NCBI GenBank assembly: GCA_964057225.1
Contig: OZ059900.1
Coordinates: 21,018,001-21,082,000 of the forward strand
Direction: 5' to 3'
Length of the DNA stretch: 64,000 nucleotides
DNA from: Auanema rhodensis
Lineage: Eukaryota; Animalia; Nematoda
In this document: positions 12,301 through 26,200 of the stretch, piece after piece
How the letters are laid out: the number at the start of each line of letters is the position of its first letter
How positions within the stretch are numbered: the stretch's first letter is position 1
Notes under the pieces: model-generated
What the model was told of the DNA's origin: nothing
The model's input: only the letters and a program-made list of their open reading frames with translations
Databases searched by the model: none
Translations under genes and position numbers: made by a program

Positions 12301-15300
12301 TCATGCAATGTCAATGAAACCTAGCTCAAAATTGTTCCTACAACGTCTAATTCCACTTTCACGACAAAAAAACCGGGGTTAGAAAATTAAGGAAATTAGC
12401 ATATTCTGAGGGCACGCCCCTTATGGCTAATATTGATTAAATCGATTTTTGTTCATATGAGTCGTCAAATGCAACGAATTTCAGCGTGTTACATACTAAA
12501 ATGAAGCATTTCACATGCTGAACACTAGAAAAATACAAAAACACAGTATTTCCCATGAGAAATATTTTATTATGCTGGAAAACCAGTTTTTGGAAATTTC
12601 GCTGTAAACAAGGTTTTGACTTACGATTTCATGTGTTCAAACTCATGCAATGTCAATGAAACCTAGCTCAAAATTGTTCCTACAACGTCTAGTTCCACTT
12701 TCACGACAAAAAAACAGGGGTTAGAAAATTAAGGAAATTAGCATATTCTGAGGGCACGCCCCTTATGGCTAATATTGATTAAATCGATTTTTGTTCATAT
12801 GAGTAGTCAAATGCAACGAATTTCAGCGTGTTACATACTAAAATGAAGCATTTCACATGCTGAACACTAGAAAAATACAAAAACACAGTATTTCCCATGA
12901 GAAATATTTTATTATGCTGGAAAACCAGTTTTTGGAAATTTCGCTGTAAACAAGGTTTTGACTTACGATTTCATGTGTTCAAACTCATGCAATGTCAATG
13001 AAACCTAGCTCAAAATTGTTCCTACAACGTCTAGTTCCACTTTCACGACAAAAAAACAGGGGTTAGAAAATTAAGGAAATTAGCATATTCTGAGGGCACG
13101 CCCCTTATGGCTAATATTGATTAAATCGATTTTTGTTCATATGAGTAGTCAAATGCAACGAATTTCAGCGTGTTACATACTAAAATGAAGCATTTTACAT
13201 GCTGAACACTAGAAAAATACAAAAACACAGTATTTCCCATGAGAAATATTTTATTATGCTGGAAAACCAGTTTTTGGAAATTTCGCTGTAAACAAGGTTT
13301 TGACTTACGATTTCATGTGTTCAAACTCATGCAATGTCAATGAAACCTAGCTCAAAATTGTTCCTACAACGTCTAGTTCCACTTTCACGACAAAAAAACC
13401 GGGGTTAGAAAATTAAGGAAATTAGCATATTCTGAGGGCACGCCCCTTATGGCTAATATTGATTAAATCGATTTTTGTTCATATGAGTCGTCAAATGCAA
13501 CGAATTTCAGCGTGTTACATACTAAAATGAAGCATTTTACATGCTGAACACTAGAAAAATACAAAAACACAGTATTTCTCATGAGAAATATTTTATTATG
13601 CTGGAAAACCAGTTTTTGGAAATTTCGCTGTAAACAAGGTTTTGACTTACGATTTCATGTGTTCAAAGTCATGCAATGTCAATGAAACCTAGCTCAAAAT
13701 TGTTTGTACAACGTCTAGTTCCACTTTCACGACAAAAAAACAGGGGTTAGAAAATTAAGGAAATTAGCATATTCTGAGGGCACGCCCCTTATGGCTAATA
13801 TTGATTAAATCGATTTTTGTTCATATGAGTAGTCAAATGCAACGAATTTCAGCGTGTTACATACTAAAATGAAGCATTTTACATGCTGAACACTAGAAAA
13901 ATACAAAAACACAGTATTTCCCATGAGAAATATTTTATTATGCTGGAAAACCAGTTTTTGGAAATTTCGCTGTAAACAAGGTTTTGACTTACGATTTCAT
14001 GTGTTCAAACTCATGCAATGTCAATGAAACCTAGCTCAAAATTGTTCCTACAACGTCTAATTCCACTTTCACGACAAAAAAACCGGGGTTAGAAAATTAA
14101 GGAAATTAGCATATTCTGAGGGCACGCCCCTTATGGCTAATATTGATTAAATCGATTTTTGTTCATATGAGTCGTCAAATGCAACGAATTTCAGCGTGTT
14201 ACATACTAAAATGAAGCATTTCACATGCTGAACACTAGAAAAATACAAAAACACAGTATTTCCCATGAGAAATATTTTATTATGCTGGAAAACCAGTTTT
14301 TGGAAATTTCGCTGTAAACAAGGTTTTGACTTACGATTTCATGTGTTCAAACTCATGCAATGTCAATGAAACCTAGCTCAAAATTGTTTGTACAACGTCT
14401 AGTTCCACTTTCACGACAAAAAAACAGGGGTTAGAAAATTAAGGAAATTAGCATATTCTGAGGGCACGCCCCTTATGGCTAATATTGATTAAATCGATTT
14501 TTGTTCATATGAGTAGTCAAATGCAACGAATTTCAGCGTGTTACATACTAAAATGAAGCATTTCACATGCTGAACACTAGAAAAATACAAAAACACAGTA
14601 TTTCCCATGAGAAATATTTTATTATGCTGGAAAACCAGTTTTTGGAAATTTCGCTGTAAACAAGGTTTTGACTTACGATTTCATGTGTTCAAACTCATGC
14701 AATGTCAATGAAACCTAGCTCAAAATTGTTCCTACAACGTCTAGTTCCACTTTCACGACAAAAAAACAGGGGTTAGAAAATTAAGGAAATTAGCATATTC
14801 TGAGGGCACGCCCCTTATGGCTAATATTGATTAAATCGATTTTTGTTCATATGAGTAGTCAAATGCAACGAATTTCAGCGTGTTACATACTAAAATGAAG
14901 CATTTTACATGCTGAACACTAGAAAAATACAAAAACACAGTATTTCCCATGAGAAATATTTTATTATGCTGGAAAACCAGTTTTTGGAAATTTCGCTGTA
15001 AACAAGGTTTTGACTTACGATTTCATGTGTTCAAACTCATGCAATGTCAATGAAACCTAGCTCAAAATTGTTCCTACAACGTCTAGTTCCACTTTCACGA
15101 CAAAAAAACCGGGGTTAGAAAATTAAGGAAATTAGCATATTCTGAGGGCACGCCCCTTATGGCTAATATTGATTAAATCGATTTTTGTTCATATGAGTCG
15201 TCAAATGCAACGAATTTCAGCGTGTTACATACTAAAATGAAGCATTTTACATGCTGAACACTAGAAAAATACAAAAACACAGTATTTCTCATGAGAAATA

Positions 15301-18300
15301 TTTTATTATGCTGGAAAACCAGTTTTTGGAAATTTCGCTGTAAACAAGGTTTTGACTTACGATTTCATGTGTTCAAACTCATGCAATGTCAATGAAACCT
15401 AGCTCAAAATTGTTCCTACAACGTCTAGTTCCACTTTCACGACAAAAAAACAGGGGTTAGAAAATTAAGGAAATTAGCATATTCTGAGGGCACGCCCCTT
15501 ATGGCTAATATTGATTAAATCGATTTTTGTTCATATGAGTCGTCAAATGCAACGAATTTCAGCGTGTTACATACTAAAATGAAGCATTTTACATGCTGAA
15601 CACTAGAAAAATACAAAAACACAGTATTTCCCATGAGAAATATTTTATTATGCTGGAAAACCAGTTTTTGGAAATTTCGCTGTAAACAAGGTTTTGACTT
15701 ACGATTTCATGTGTTCAAACTCATGCAATGTCAATGAAACCTAGCTCAAAATTGTTCCTACAACGTCTAGTTCCACTTTCACGACAAAAAAACAGGGGTT
15801 AGAAAATTAATGAAATTAGCATATTCTGAGGGCACGCCCCTTATGGCTAATATTGATTAAATCGATTTTTGTTCATATGAGTCGTCAAATGCAACGAATT
15901 TCATCGTGTTACATACTAAAATGAACCATTTTACATGCTGAACACTAGAAAAATACAAAAACACAGTATTTCTCATGAGAAATATTTTATTATGCTGGAA
16001 AACCAGTTTTTGGAAATTTCGCTGTAAACAAGGTTTTGACTTACGATTTCATGTGTTCAAACTCATGCAATGTCAATGAAACCTAGCTCAAAATTGTTCC
16101 TACAACGTCTGTTTCCACTTTCACGACAAAAAAACAGGGGTTAGAAAATTAAGGAAATTAGCATATTCTGAGGGCACGCCCCTTATGGCTAATATTGATT
16201 AAATCGATTTTTGTTCATATGAGTCGTCAAATGCAACGAATTTCAGCGTGTTACATACTAAAATGAAGCATTTCACATGCTGAACACTAGAAAAATACAA
16301 AAACACAGTATTTCCCATGAGAAATATTTTATTATGCTGGAAAACCAGTTTTTGGAAATTTCGCTGTAAACAAGGTTTTGACTTACGATTTCATGTGTTC
16401 AAACTCATGCAATGTCAATGAAACCTAGCTCAAAATTGTTCCTACAACGTCTAGTTCCACATTCACGACAAAAAAACAGGGGTTAGAAAATTAAGGAAAT
16501 TAGCATATTCTGAGGGCACGCCCCTTATGGCTAATATTGATTAAATCGATTTTTGTTCATATGAGTCGTCAAATGCAACGAATTTCAGCGTGTTACATAC
16601 TAAAATGAAGCATTTTACATGCTGAACACTAGAAAAATACAAAAACACAGTATTTCTCATGAGAAATATTTTATTATGCTGGAAAACCAGTTTTTGGAAA
16701 TTTCGCTGTAAACAAGGTTTTGACTTACGATTTCATGTGTTCAAACTCATGCAATGTCAATGAAACCTAGCTCAAAATTGTTCCTACAACGTCTGTTTCC
16801 ACTTTCACGACAAAAAAACAGGGGTTAGAAAATTAAGGAAATTAGCATATTCTGAGGGCACGCCCCTTATGGCTAATATTGATTAAATCGATTTTTGTTC
16901 ATATGAGTCGTCAAATGCAACGAATTTCAGCGTGTTACATACTAAAATGAAGCATTTCACATGCTGAACACTAGAAAAATACAAAAACACAGTATTTCCC
17001 ATGAGAAATATTTTATTATGCTGGAAAACCAGTTTTTGGAAATTTCGCTGTAAACAAGGTTTTGACTTACGATTTCATGTGTTCAAACTCATGCAATGTC
17101 AATGAAACCTAGCTCAAAATTGTTCCTACAACGTCTAGTTCCACTTTCACGACAAAAAAACAGGGGTTAGAAAATTAAGGAAATTAGCATATTCTGAGGG
17201 CACGCCCCTTATGGCTAATATTGATTAAATCGATTTTTGTTCATATGAGTCGTCAAATGCAACGAATTTCAGCGTGTTACATACTAAAATGAAGCATTTT
17301 ACATGCTGAACACTAGAAAAATACAAAAACACAGTATTTCTCATGAGAAATATTTTATTATGCTGGAAAACCAGTTTTTGGAAATTTCGCTGTAAACAAG
17401 GTTTTGACTTACGATTTCATGTGTTCAAACTCATGCAATGTCAATGAAACCTAGCTCAAAATTGTTTGTACAACGTCTAGTTCCACTTTCACGACAAAAA
17501 AACAGGGGTTAGAAAATTAAGGAAATTAGCATATTCTGAGGGCACGCCCCTTATGGCTAATATTGATTAAATCGATTTTTGTTCATATGAGTCGTCAAAT
17601 GCAACGAATTTCAGCGTGTTACATACTAAAATGAAGCATTTTACATGCTGAACACTAGAAAAATACAAAAACACAGTATTTCCCATGAGAAATATTTTAT
17701 TATGCTGGAAAACCAGTTTTTGGAAATTTCGCTGTAAACAAGGTTTTGACTTACGATTTCATGTGTTCAAACTCATGCAATGTCAATGAAACCTAGCTCA
17801 AAATTGTTCCTACAACGTCTAGTTCCACTTTCACGACAAAAAAACAGGGGTTAGAAAATTAATGAAATTAGCATATTCTGAGGGCACGCCCCTTATGGCT
17901 AATATTGATTAAATCGATTTTTGTTCATATGAGTCGTCAAATGCAACGAATTTCATCGTGTTACATACTAAAATGAAGCATTTTACATGCTGAACACTAG
18001 AAAAATACAAAAACACAGTATTTCTCATGAGAAATATTTTATTATGCTGGAAAACCAGTTTTTGGAAATTTCGCTGTAAACAAGGTTTTGACTTACGATT
18101 TCATGTGTTCAAACTCATGCAATGTCAATGAAACCTAGCTCAAAATTGTTTGTACAACGTCTAGTTCCACTTTCACGACAAAAAAACAGGGGTTAGAAAA
18201 TTAAGGAAATTAGCATATTCTGAGGGCACGCCCCTTATGGCTAATATTGATTAAATCGATTTTTGTTCATATGAGTAGTCAAATGCAACGAATTTCAGCG

Positions 18301-20259
18301 TGTTACATACTAAAATGAAGCATTTTACATGCTGAACACTAGAAAAATACAAAAACACAGTATTTCCCATGAGAAATATTTTATTATGCTGGAAAACCAG
18401 TTTTTGGAAATTTCGCTGTAAACAAGGTTTTGACTTACGATTTCATGTGTTCAAACTCATGCAATGTCAATGAAACCTAGCTCAAAATTGTTCCTACAAC
18501 GTCTAATTCCACTTTCACGACAAAAAAACCGGGGTTAGAAAATTAAGGAAATTAGCATATTCTAAGGGCACGCCCCTTATGGCTAATATTGATTAAATCG
18601 ATTTTTGTTCATATGAGTCGTCAAATGCAACGAATTTCAGCGTGTTACATACTAAAATGAAACATTTTACATGCTGAACACTAGAAAAATACAAAAACAC
18701 AGTATTTCCCATGAGAAATATTTTATTATGCTGGAAAACCAGTTTTTGGAAATTTCGCTGTAAACAAGGTTTTGACTTACGATTTCATGTGTTCAAACTC
18801 ATGCAATGTCAATGAAACCTAGCTCAAAATTGTTCCTACAACGTCTAATTCCACTTTCACGACAAAAAAACCGGGGTTAGAAAATTAAGGAAATTAGCAT
18901 ATTCTAAGGGCACGCCCCTTATGGCTAATATTGATTAAATCGATTTTTGTTCATATGAGTCGTCAAATGCAACGAATTTCAGCGTGTTACATACTAAAAT
19001 GAAGCATTTTACATGCTGAACACTAGAAAAATACAAAAACACAGTATTTCCCATGAGAAATATTTTATTATGCTGGAAAACCAGTTTTTGGAAATTTCGC
19101 TGTAAACAAGGTTTTGACTTACGATTTCATGTGTTCAAACTCATGCAATGTCAATGAAACCTAGCTCAAAATTGTTCCCACAACGTCTAGTTCCACTTTC
19201 ACGACAAAAAACAGGGGTTAGAAAATTAAGGAAATTAGCATATTCTGAGGGCACGCCCCTTATGGCTAATATTGATTAAATCGATTTTTGTTCATATGAG
19301 TCGTCAAATGCAACGAATTTCATCGTGTTACATACTAAAATGAAGCATTTTACATGCTGAACACTAGAAAAATACAAAAACACAGTATTTCTCATGAGAA
19401 ATATTTTATTATGCTGGAAAACCAGTTTTTGGAAATTTCGCTGTAAACAAGGTTTTGACTTACGATTTCATGTGTTCAAACTCATGCAATGTCAATGAAA
19501 CCTAGCTCAAAATTGTTTGTACAACGTCTGTTTCCACTTTCACGACAAAAAAACAGGGGTTAGAAAATTAAGGAAATTAGCATATTCTGAGGGCACGCCC
19601 CTTATGGCTAATATTGATTAAATCGATTTTTGTTCATATGAGTCGTCAAATGCAACGAATTTCAGCGTGTTACATACTAAAATGAAGCATTTCACATGCT
19701 GAACACTAGAAAAATACAAAAACACAGTATTTCCCATGAGAAATATTTTATTATGCTGGAAAACCAGTTTTTGGAAATTTCGCTGTAAACAAGGTTTTGA
19801 CTTACGATTTCATGTGTTCAAACTCATGCAATGTCAATGAAACCTAGCTCAAAATTGTTCCTACAACGTCTAGTTCCACTTTCACGACAAAAAAACAGGG
19901 GTTAGAAAATTAATGAAATTAGCATATTCTGAGGGCACGCCCCTTATGGCTAATATTGATTAAATCGATTTTTGTTCATATGAGTCGACAAATGCAACGA
20001 ATTTCATCGTGTTACATACTAAAATGAAGCATTTTACATGCTGAACACTAGAAAAATACAAAAACACAGTATTTCTCATGAGAAATATTTTATTATGCTG
20101 GAAAACCAGTTTTTGGAAATTTCGCTGTAAACAAGGTTTTGACTTACGATTTCATGTGTTCAAACTCATGCAATGTCAATGAAACCTAGCTCAAAATTGT
20201 TTGTACAACGTCTGTTTCCACTTTCACGACAAAAAAACAGGGGTTAGAAAATTAAGGAA

Positions 20260-23200
20260 ATTAGCATATTCTGAGGGCACGCCCCTTATGGCTAATATTG
20301 ATTAAATCGATTTTTGTTCATATGAGTCGTCAAATGCAACGAATTTCAGCGTGTTAAATACTAAAATGAAACATTTTACATGCTGAACAGTAGAAAAATA
20401 CAAAAACACAGTATTTCCCATGAGAAATATTTTATTATGCTGGAAAACCAGTTTTTGGAAATTTCGCTGTAAACAAGGTTTTGACTTACGATTTCATGTG
20501 TTCAAACTCATGCAATGTCAATAAAAACCTAGCTCAAAATTGTTTGTACAACGTCTAGTTCCACTTTCACGACAAAAAAACAGGGGTTAGAAAATTAAGG
20601 AAATTAGCATATTCTGAGGGCACGCCCCTTATGGCTAATATTGATTAAATCGATTTTTGTTCATATGAGTAGTCAAATGCAACGAATTTCAGCGTGTTAC
20701 ATACTGAAATGAAGCATTTTACATGCTGAACACTAGAAAAATACAAAAACACAGTATTTCCCATGAGAAATATTTTATTATGCTGGAAAACCAGTTTTTG
20801 GAATTTTCGCTGTAAACAAGGTTTTGACTTACGATTTCATGTGTTCAAACTCATGCAATGTCAATGAAACCTAGCTCAAAATTGTTCGTACAACGTCTAG
20901 TTCCACTTTCACGACAAAAAAACAGGGGTTAGAAAATTAAGGAAATTAGCATATTCTGAGGGCACGCCCCTTATGGCTAATATTGATTAAATCGATTTTT
21001 GTTCATATGAGTCGTCAAATGCAACGAATTTCAGCGTGTTACATACTAAAATGAAGCATTTTACATGCTGAACACTAGAAAAATACAAAAACACAGTATT
21101 TCCCATGAGAAATATTTTATTATGCTGGAAAACCAGTTTTTGGAAATTTCGCTGTAAACAAGGTTTTGACATACGATTTCATGTGTTCAAACTCATGCAA
21201 TGTCAATGAAACCTAGCTCAAAATTGTTCGTACAACGTCTGGTTCCACTTTCACGACAAAAAAACAGGGGTTAGAAAATTTAGGAAATTAGCATATTCTG
21301 AGGGCACGCCCCTTATGGCTAATATTGATTAAATCGATTTTTGTTCATATGAGTCGTCAAATGCAACGAATTTCAGCGTGTTACATACTAAAATGAAGTA
21401 TTTTACATGCTGAACACTAGAAAAATACAAAAACACAGTATTTCCCATGAGAAATATTTTATTATGCTGGAAAACCAGTTTTTGGAATTTTCGCTGTAAA
21501 CAAGGTTTTGACTTACGATTTCATGTGTTCAAACTCATGCAATGTCAATGAAACCTAGCTCAAAATTGTTCGTACAACGTCTAGTTCCACTTTCACGACA
21601 AAAAAACAGGGGTTAGAAAATTAAGGAAATTAGCATATTCTGAGGGCACGCCCCTTATGGCTAATATTGATTAAATCGATTTTTGTTCATATGAGTCGTC
21701 AAATGCAACGAATTTCAGCGTGTTACATACTAAAATGAAGCATTTTACATGCTGAACACTAGAAAAATACAAAAACACAGTATTTCCCATGAGAAATATT
21801 TTATTATGCTGGAAAACCAGTTTTTGGAATTTTCGCTGTAAACAAGGTTTTGACTTACGATTTCATGTGTTCAAACTCATGCAATGTCAATGAAACCTAG
21901 CTCAAAATTGTTCGTACAACGTCTAGTTCCACTTTCACGACAAAAAAACAGGGGTTAGAAAATTAAGGAAATTAGCATATTCTGAGGGCACGCCCCTTAT
22001 GGCTAATATTGATTAAATCGATTTTTGTTCATATGAGTCGTCAAATGCAACGAATTTCAGCGTGTTACATACTAAAATGAAGCATTTTACATGCTGAACA
22101 CTAGAAAAATACAAAAACACAGTATTTCCCATGAGAAATATTTTATTATGCTGGAAAACCAGGTTTTGGAAATTTCGCTGTAAACAAGGTTTTGACTTAC
22201 GATTTCATGTGTTCAAACTCATGCAATGTCAATGAAACCTAGCTCAAAATTGTTCGTACAACGTCTAGTTCCACTTTCACGACAAAAAAACAGGGGTTAG
22301 AAAATTTAGGAAATTAGCATATTCTGAGGGCACGCCCCTTATGGCTAATATTGATTAAATCGATTTTTGTTCATATGAGTCGTCAAATGCAACGAATTTC
22401 AGCGTGTTACATACTAAAATGAAGCATTTCACATGCTGAACACTAGAAAAATACAAAAACACAGTATTTCCCATGAGAAATATTTTATTATGCTGGAAAA
22501 CCAGTTTTTGGAAATTTCGCTGTAAACAAGTTTTTGACTTACGATTTCATGTGTTCAAACTCATGCAATGTCAATGAAACCTAGCTCAAAATTGTTCCTA
22601 CAACGTCTAGTTCCACTTTCACGACAAAAAAACAGGGGTTAGAAAATTAAGGAAATTAGCATATTCTGAGGGCACGCCTCTTATGGCTAATATTGATTAA
22701 ATCGATTTTTGTTCATATGAGTCGTCAAATGCAACGAATTTCAGCGTGTTACATACTAAAATGAAGCATTTTACATGCTGAACACTATAAAAATACAAAA
22801 ACACAGTATTTCCCATGAGAAATATTTTATTATGCTGGAAAACCAGTTTTTGGAAATTTCGCTGTAAACAAGGTTTTGACTTACGATTTCATGTGTTCAA
22901 ACTCATGCAATGTCAATGAAACCTAGCTCAAAATTGTTCCTACAACGTCTAGTTCCACTTTCACGACAAAAAACAGGGGTTAGAAAATTAAGGAAATTAG
23001 CATATTCTGAGGGCACGCCTCTTATGGCTAATATTGATTAAATCGATTTTTGTTCATATGAGTCGTCAAATGCAACGAATTTCAGCGTGTTACATACTAA
23101 AATGAAGCATTTTACATGCTGAACACTATAAAAATACAAAAACACAGTATTTCCCATGAGAAATATTTTATTATGCTGGAAAACCAGTTTTTGGAAATTT

Positions 23201-26200
23201 CGCTGTAAACAAGGTTTTGACTTACGATTTCATGTGTTCAAACTCATGCAATGTCAATGAAACCTAGCTCAAAATTGTTCCTACAACGTCTAGTTCCACT
23301 TTCACGACAAAAAAAACAGGGGTTAGAAAATTAAGGAAATTAGCATATTCTGAGGGCACGCCCCTTATGGCTAATATTGATTAAATCGATTTTTGTTCAT
23401 ATGAGTCGTCAAATGCAACGAATTTCAGCGTGTTACATACTAAAATGAAGCATTTTACATGCTGAACACTAGAAAAATACAAAAACACAGTATTTCTCAT
23501 GAGAAATATTTTATTATGCTGGAAAACCAGTTTTTGGAAATTTCGCTGTAAACAAGGTTTTGACTTACGATTTCATGTGTTCAAACTCATGCAATGTCAA
23601 TGAAACCTAGCTCAAAATTTTTTGTACAACGTCTAGTTCCACTTTCACGACAAAAAAACAGGGGTTAGAAAATTAAGGAAATTAGCATATTCTGAGGGCA
23701 CGCCCCTTATGGCTAATATTGATTAAATCGATTTTTGTTCATATGAGTCGTCAAATGCAACGAATTTCAGCGTGTTACATACTAAAATGAAGCATTTTAC
23801 ATGCTGAACACTAGAAAAATACAAAAACACAGTATTTCCCATGAGAAATATTTTATTATGCTGGAAAACCAGTTTTTGGAAATTTCGCTGTAAACAAGGT
23901 TTTGACTTACGATTTCATGTGTTCAAACTCATGCAATGTCAATGAAACCTAGCTCAAAATTGTTCCTACAACGTCTAGTTCCACTTTCACGACAAAAAAA
24001 ACAGGGGTTAGAAAATTAAGGAAATTAGCATATTCTGAGGGCACGCCCCTTATGGCTAATATTGATTAAATCGATTTTTGTTCATATGAGTCGTCAAATG
24101 CAACGAATTTCAGCGTGTTACATACTAAAATGAAGCATTTTACATGCTGAACACTAGAAAAATACAAAAACACAGTATTTCTCATGAGAAATATTTTATT
24201 ATGCTGGAAAACCAGTTTTTGGAAATTTCGCTGTAAACAAGGTTTTGACTTACGATTTCATGTGTTCAAACTCATGCAATGTCAATGAAACCTAGCTCAA
24301 AATTGTTTGTACAACGTCTAGTTCCACTTTCACGACAAAAAAACAGGGGTTAGAAAATTAAGGAAATTAGCATATTCTGAGGGCACGCCCCTTATGGCTA
24401 ATATTGATTAAATCGATTTTTGTTCATATGAGTCGTCAAATGCAACGAATTTCAGCGTGTTACATACTAAAATGAAGCATTTTACATGCTGAACACTAGA
24501 AAAATACAAAAACACAGTATTTCCCATGAGAAATATTTTATTATGCTGGAAAACCAGTTTTTGGAAATTTCGCTGTAAACAAGGTTTTGACTTACGATTT
24601 CATGTGTTCAAACTCATGCAATGTCAATGAAACCTAGCTCAAAATTGTTCCTACAACGTCTAGTTCCACTTTCACGACAAAAAAACAGGGGTTAGAAAAT
24701 TAATGAAATTAGCATATTCTGAGGGCACGCCCCTTATGGCTAATATTGATTAAATCGATTTTTGTTCATATGAGTCGTCAAATGCAACGAATTTCAGCGT
24801 GTTAAATACTAAAATGAAACATTTTACATGCTGAACAGTAGAAAAATACAAAAACACAGTATTTCCCATGAGAAATATTTTATTATGCTGGAAAACCAGT
24901 TTTTGGAAATTTCGCTGTAAACAAGGTTTTGACTTACGATTTCATGTGTTCAAACTCATGCAATGTCAATAAAAACCTAGCTCAAAATTGTTTGTACAAC
25001 GTCTAGTTCCACTTTCACGACAAAAAAACAGGGGTTAGAAAATTAAGGAAATTAGCATATTCTGAGGGCACGCCCCTTATGGCTAATATTGATTAAATCG
25101 ATTTTTGTTCATATGAGTAGTCAAATGCAACGAATTTCAGCGTGTTACATACTAAAATGAAGCATTTTACATGCTGAACACTAGAAAAATACAAAAACAC
25201 AGTATTTCCCATGAGAAATATTTTATTATGCTGGAAAACCAGTTTTTGGAAATTTCGCTGTAAACAAGGTTTTGACATACGATTTCATGTGTTCAAACTC
25301 ATGCAATGTCAATGAAACCTAGCTCAAAATTGTTCGTACAACGTCTGGTTCCACTTTCACGACAAAAAAACAGGGGTTAGAAAATTTAGGAAATTAGCAT
25401 ATTCTGAGGGCACGCCCCTTATGGCTAATATTGATTAAATCGATTTTTGTTCATATGAGTCGTCAAATGCAACGAATTTCAGCGTGTTACATACTAAAAT
25501 GAAGTATTTTACATGCTGAATACTAGAAAAATACAAAAACACAGTATTTCCCATGAGAAATATTTTATTATGCTGGAAAACCAGTTTTTGGAATTTTCGC
25601 TGTAAACAAGGTTTTGACTTACGATTTCATGTGTTCAAACTCATGCAATGTCAATGAAACCTAGCTCAAAATTGTTCGTACAACGTCTAGTTCCACTTTC
25701 ACGACAAAAAAACAGGGGTTAGAAAATTAAGGAAATTAGCATATTCTGAGGGCACGCCCCTTATGGCTAATATTGATTAAATCGATTTTTGTTCATATGA
25801 GTCGTCAAATGCAACGAATTTCAGCGTGTTACATACTAAAATGAAGCATTTTACATGCTGAACACTAGAAAAATACAAAAACACAGTATTTCCCATGAGA
25901 AATATTTTATTATGCTGGAAAACCAGTTTTTGGAATTTTCGCTGTAAACAAGGTTTTGACTTACGATTTCATGTGTTCAAACTCATGCAATGTCAATGAA
26001 ACCTAGCTCAAAATTGTTCGTACAACGTCTAGTTCCACTTTCACGACAAAAAAACAGGGGTTAGAAAATTAAGGAAATTAGCATATTCTGAGGGCACGCC
26101 CCTTATGGCTAATATTGATTAAATCGATTTTTGTTCATATGAGTCGTCAAATGCAACGAATTTCAGCGTGTTACATACTAAAATGAAGCATTTTACATGC

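Noticed and set aside
20987-21172. 61-aa minus-strand ORF
   Set aside because: It lies wholly inside a satellite monomer. The ATG comes from a single SNP (gacttacg to gacatacg) and the protein has no recognisable features.
25093-25278. Second copy of the 61-aa ORF
   Set aside because: The same SNP was copied by the local 12-13-mer duplication, so this is not evidence of coding conservation.
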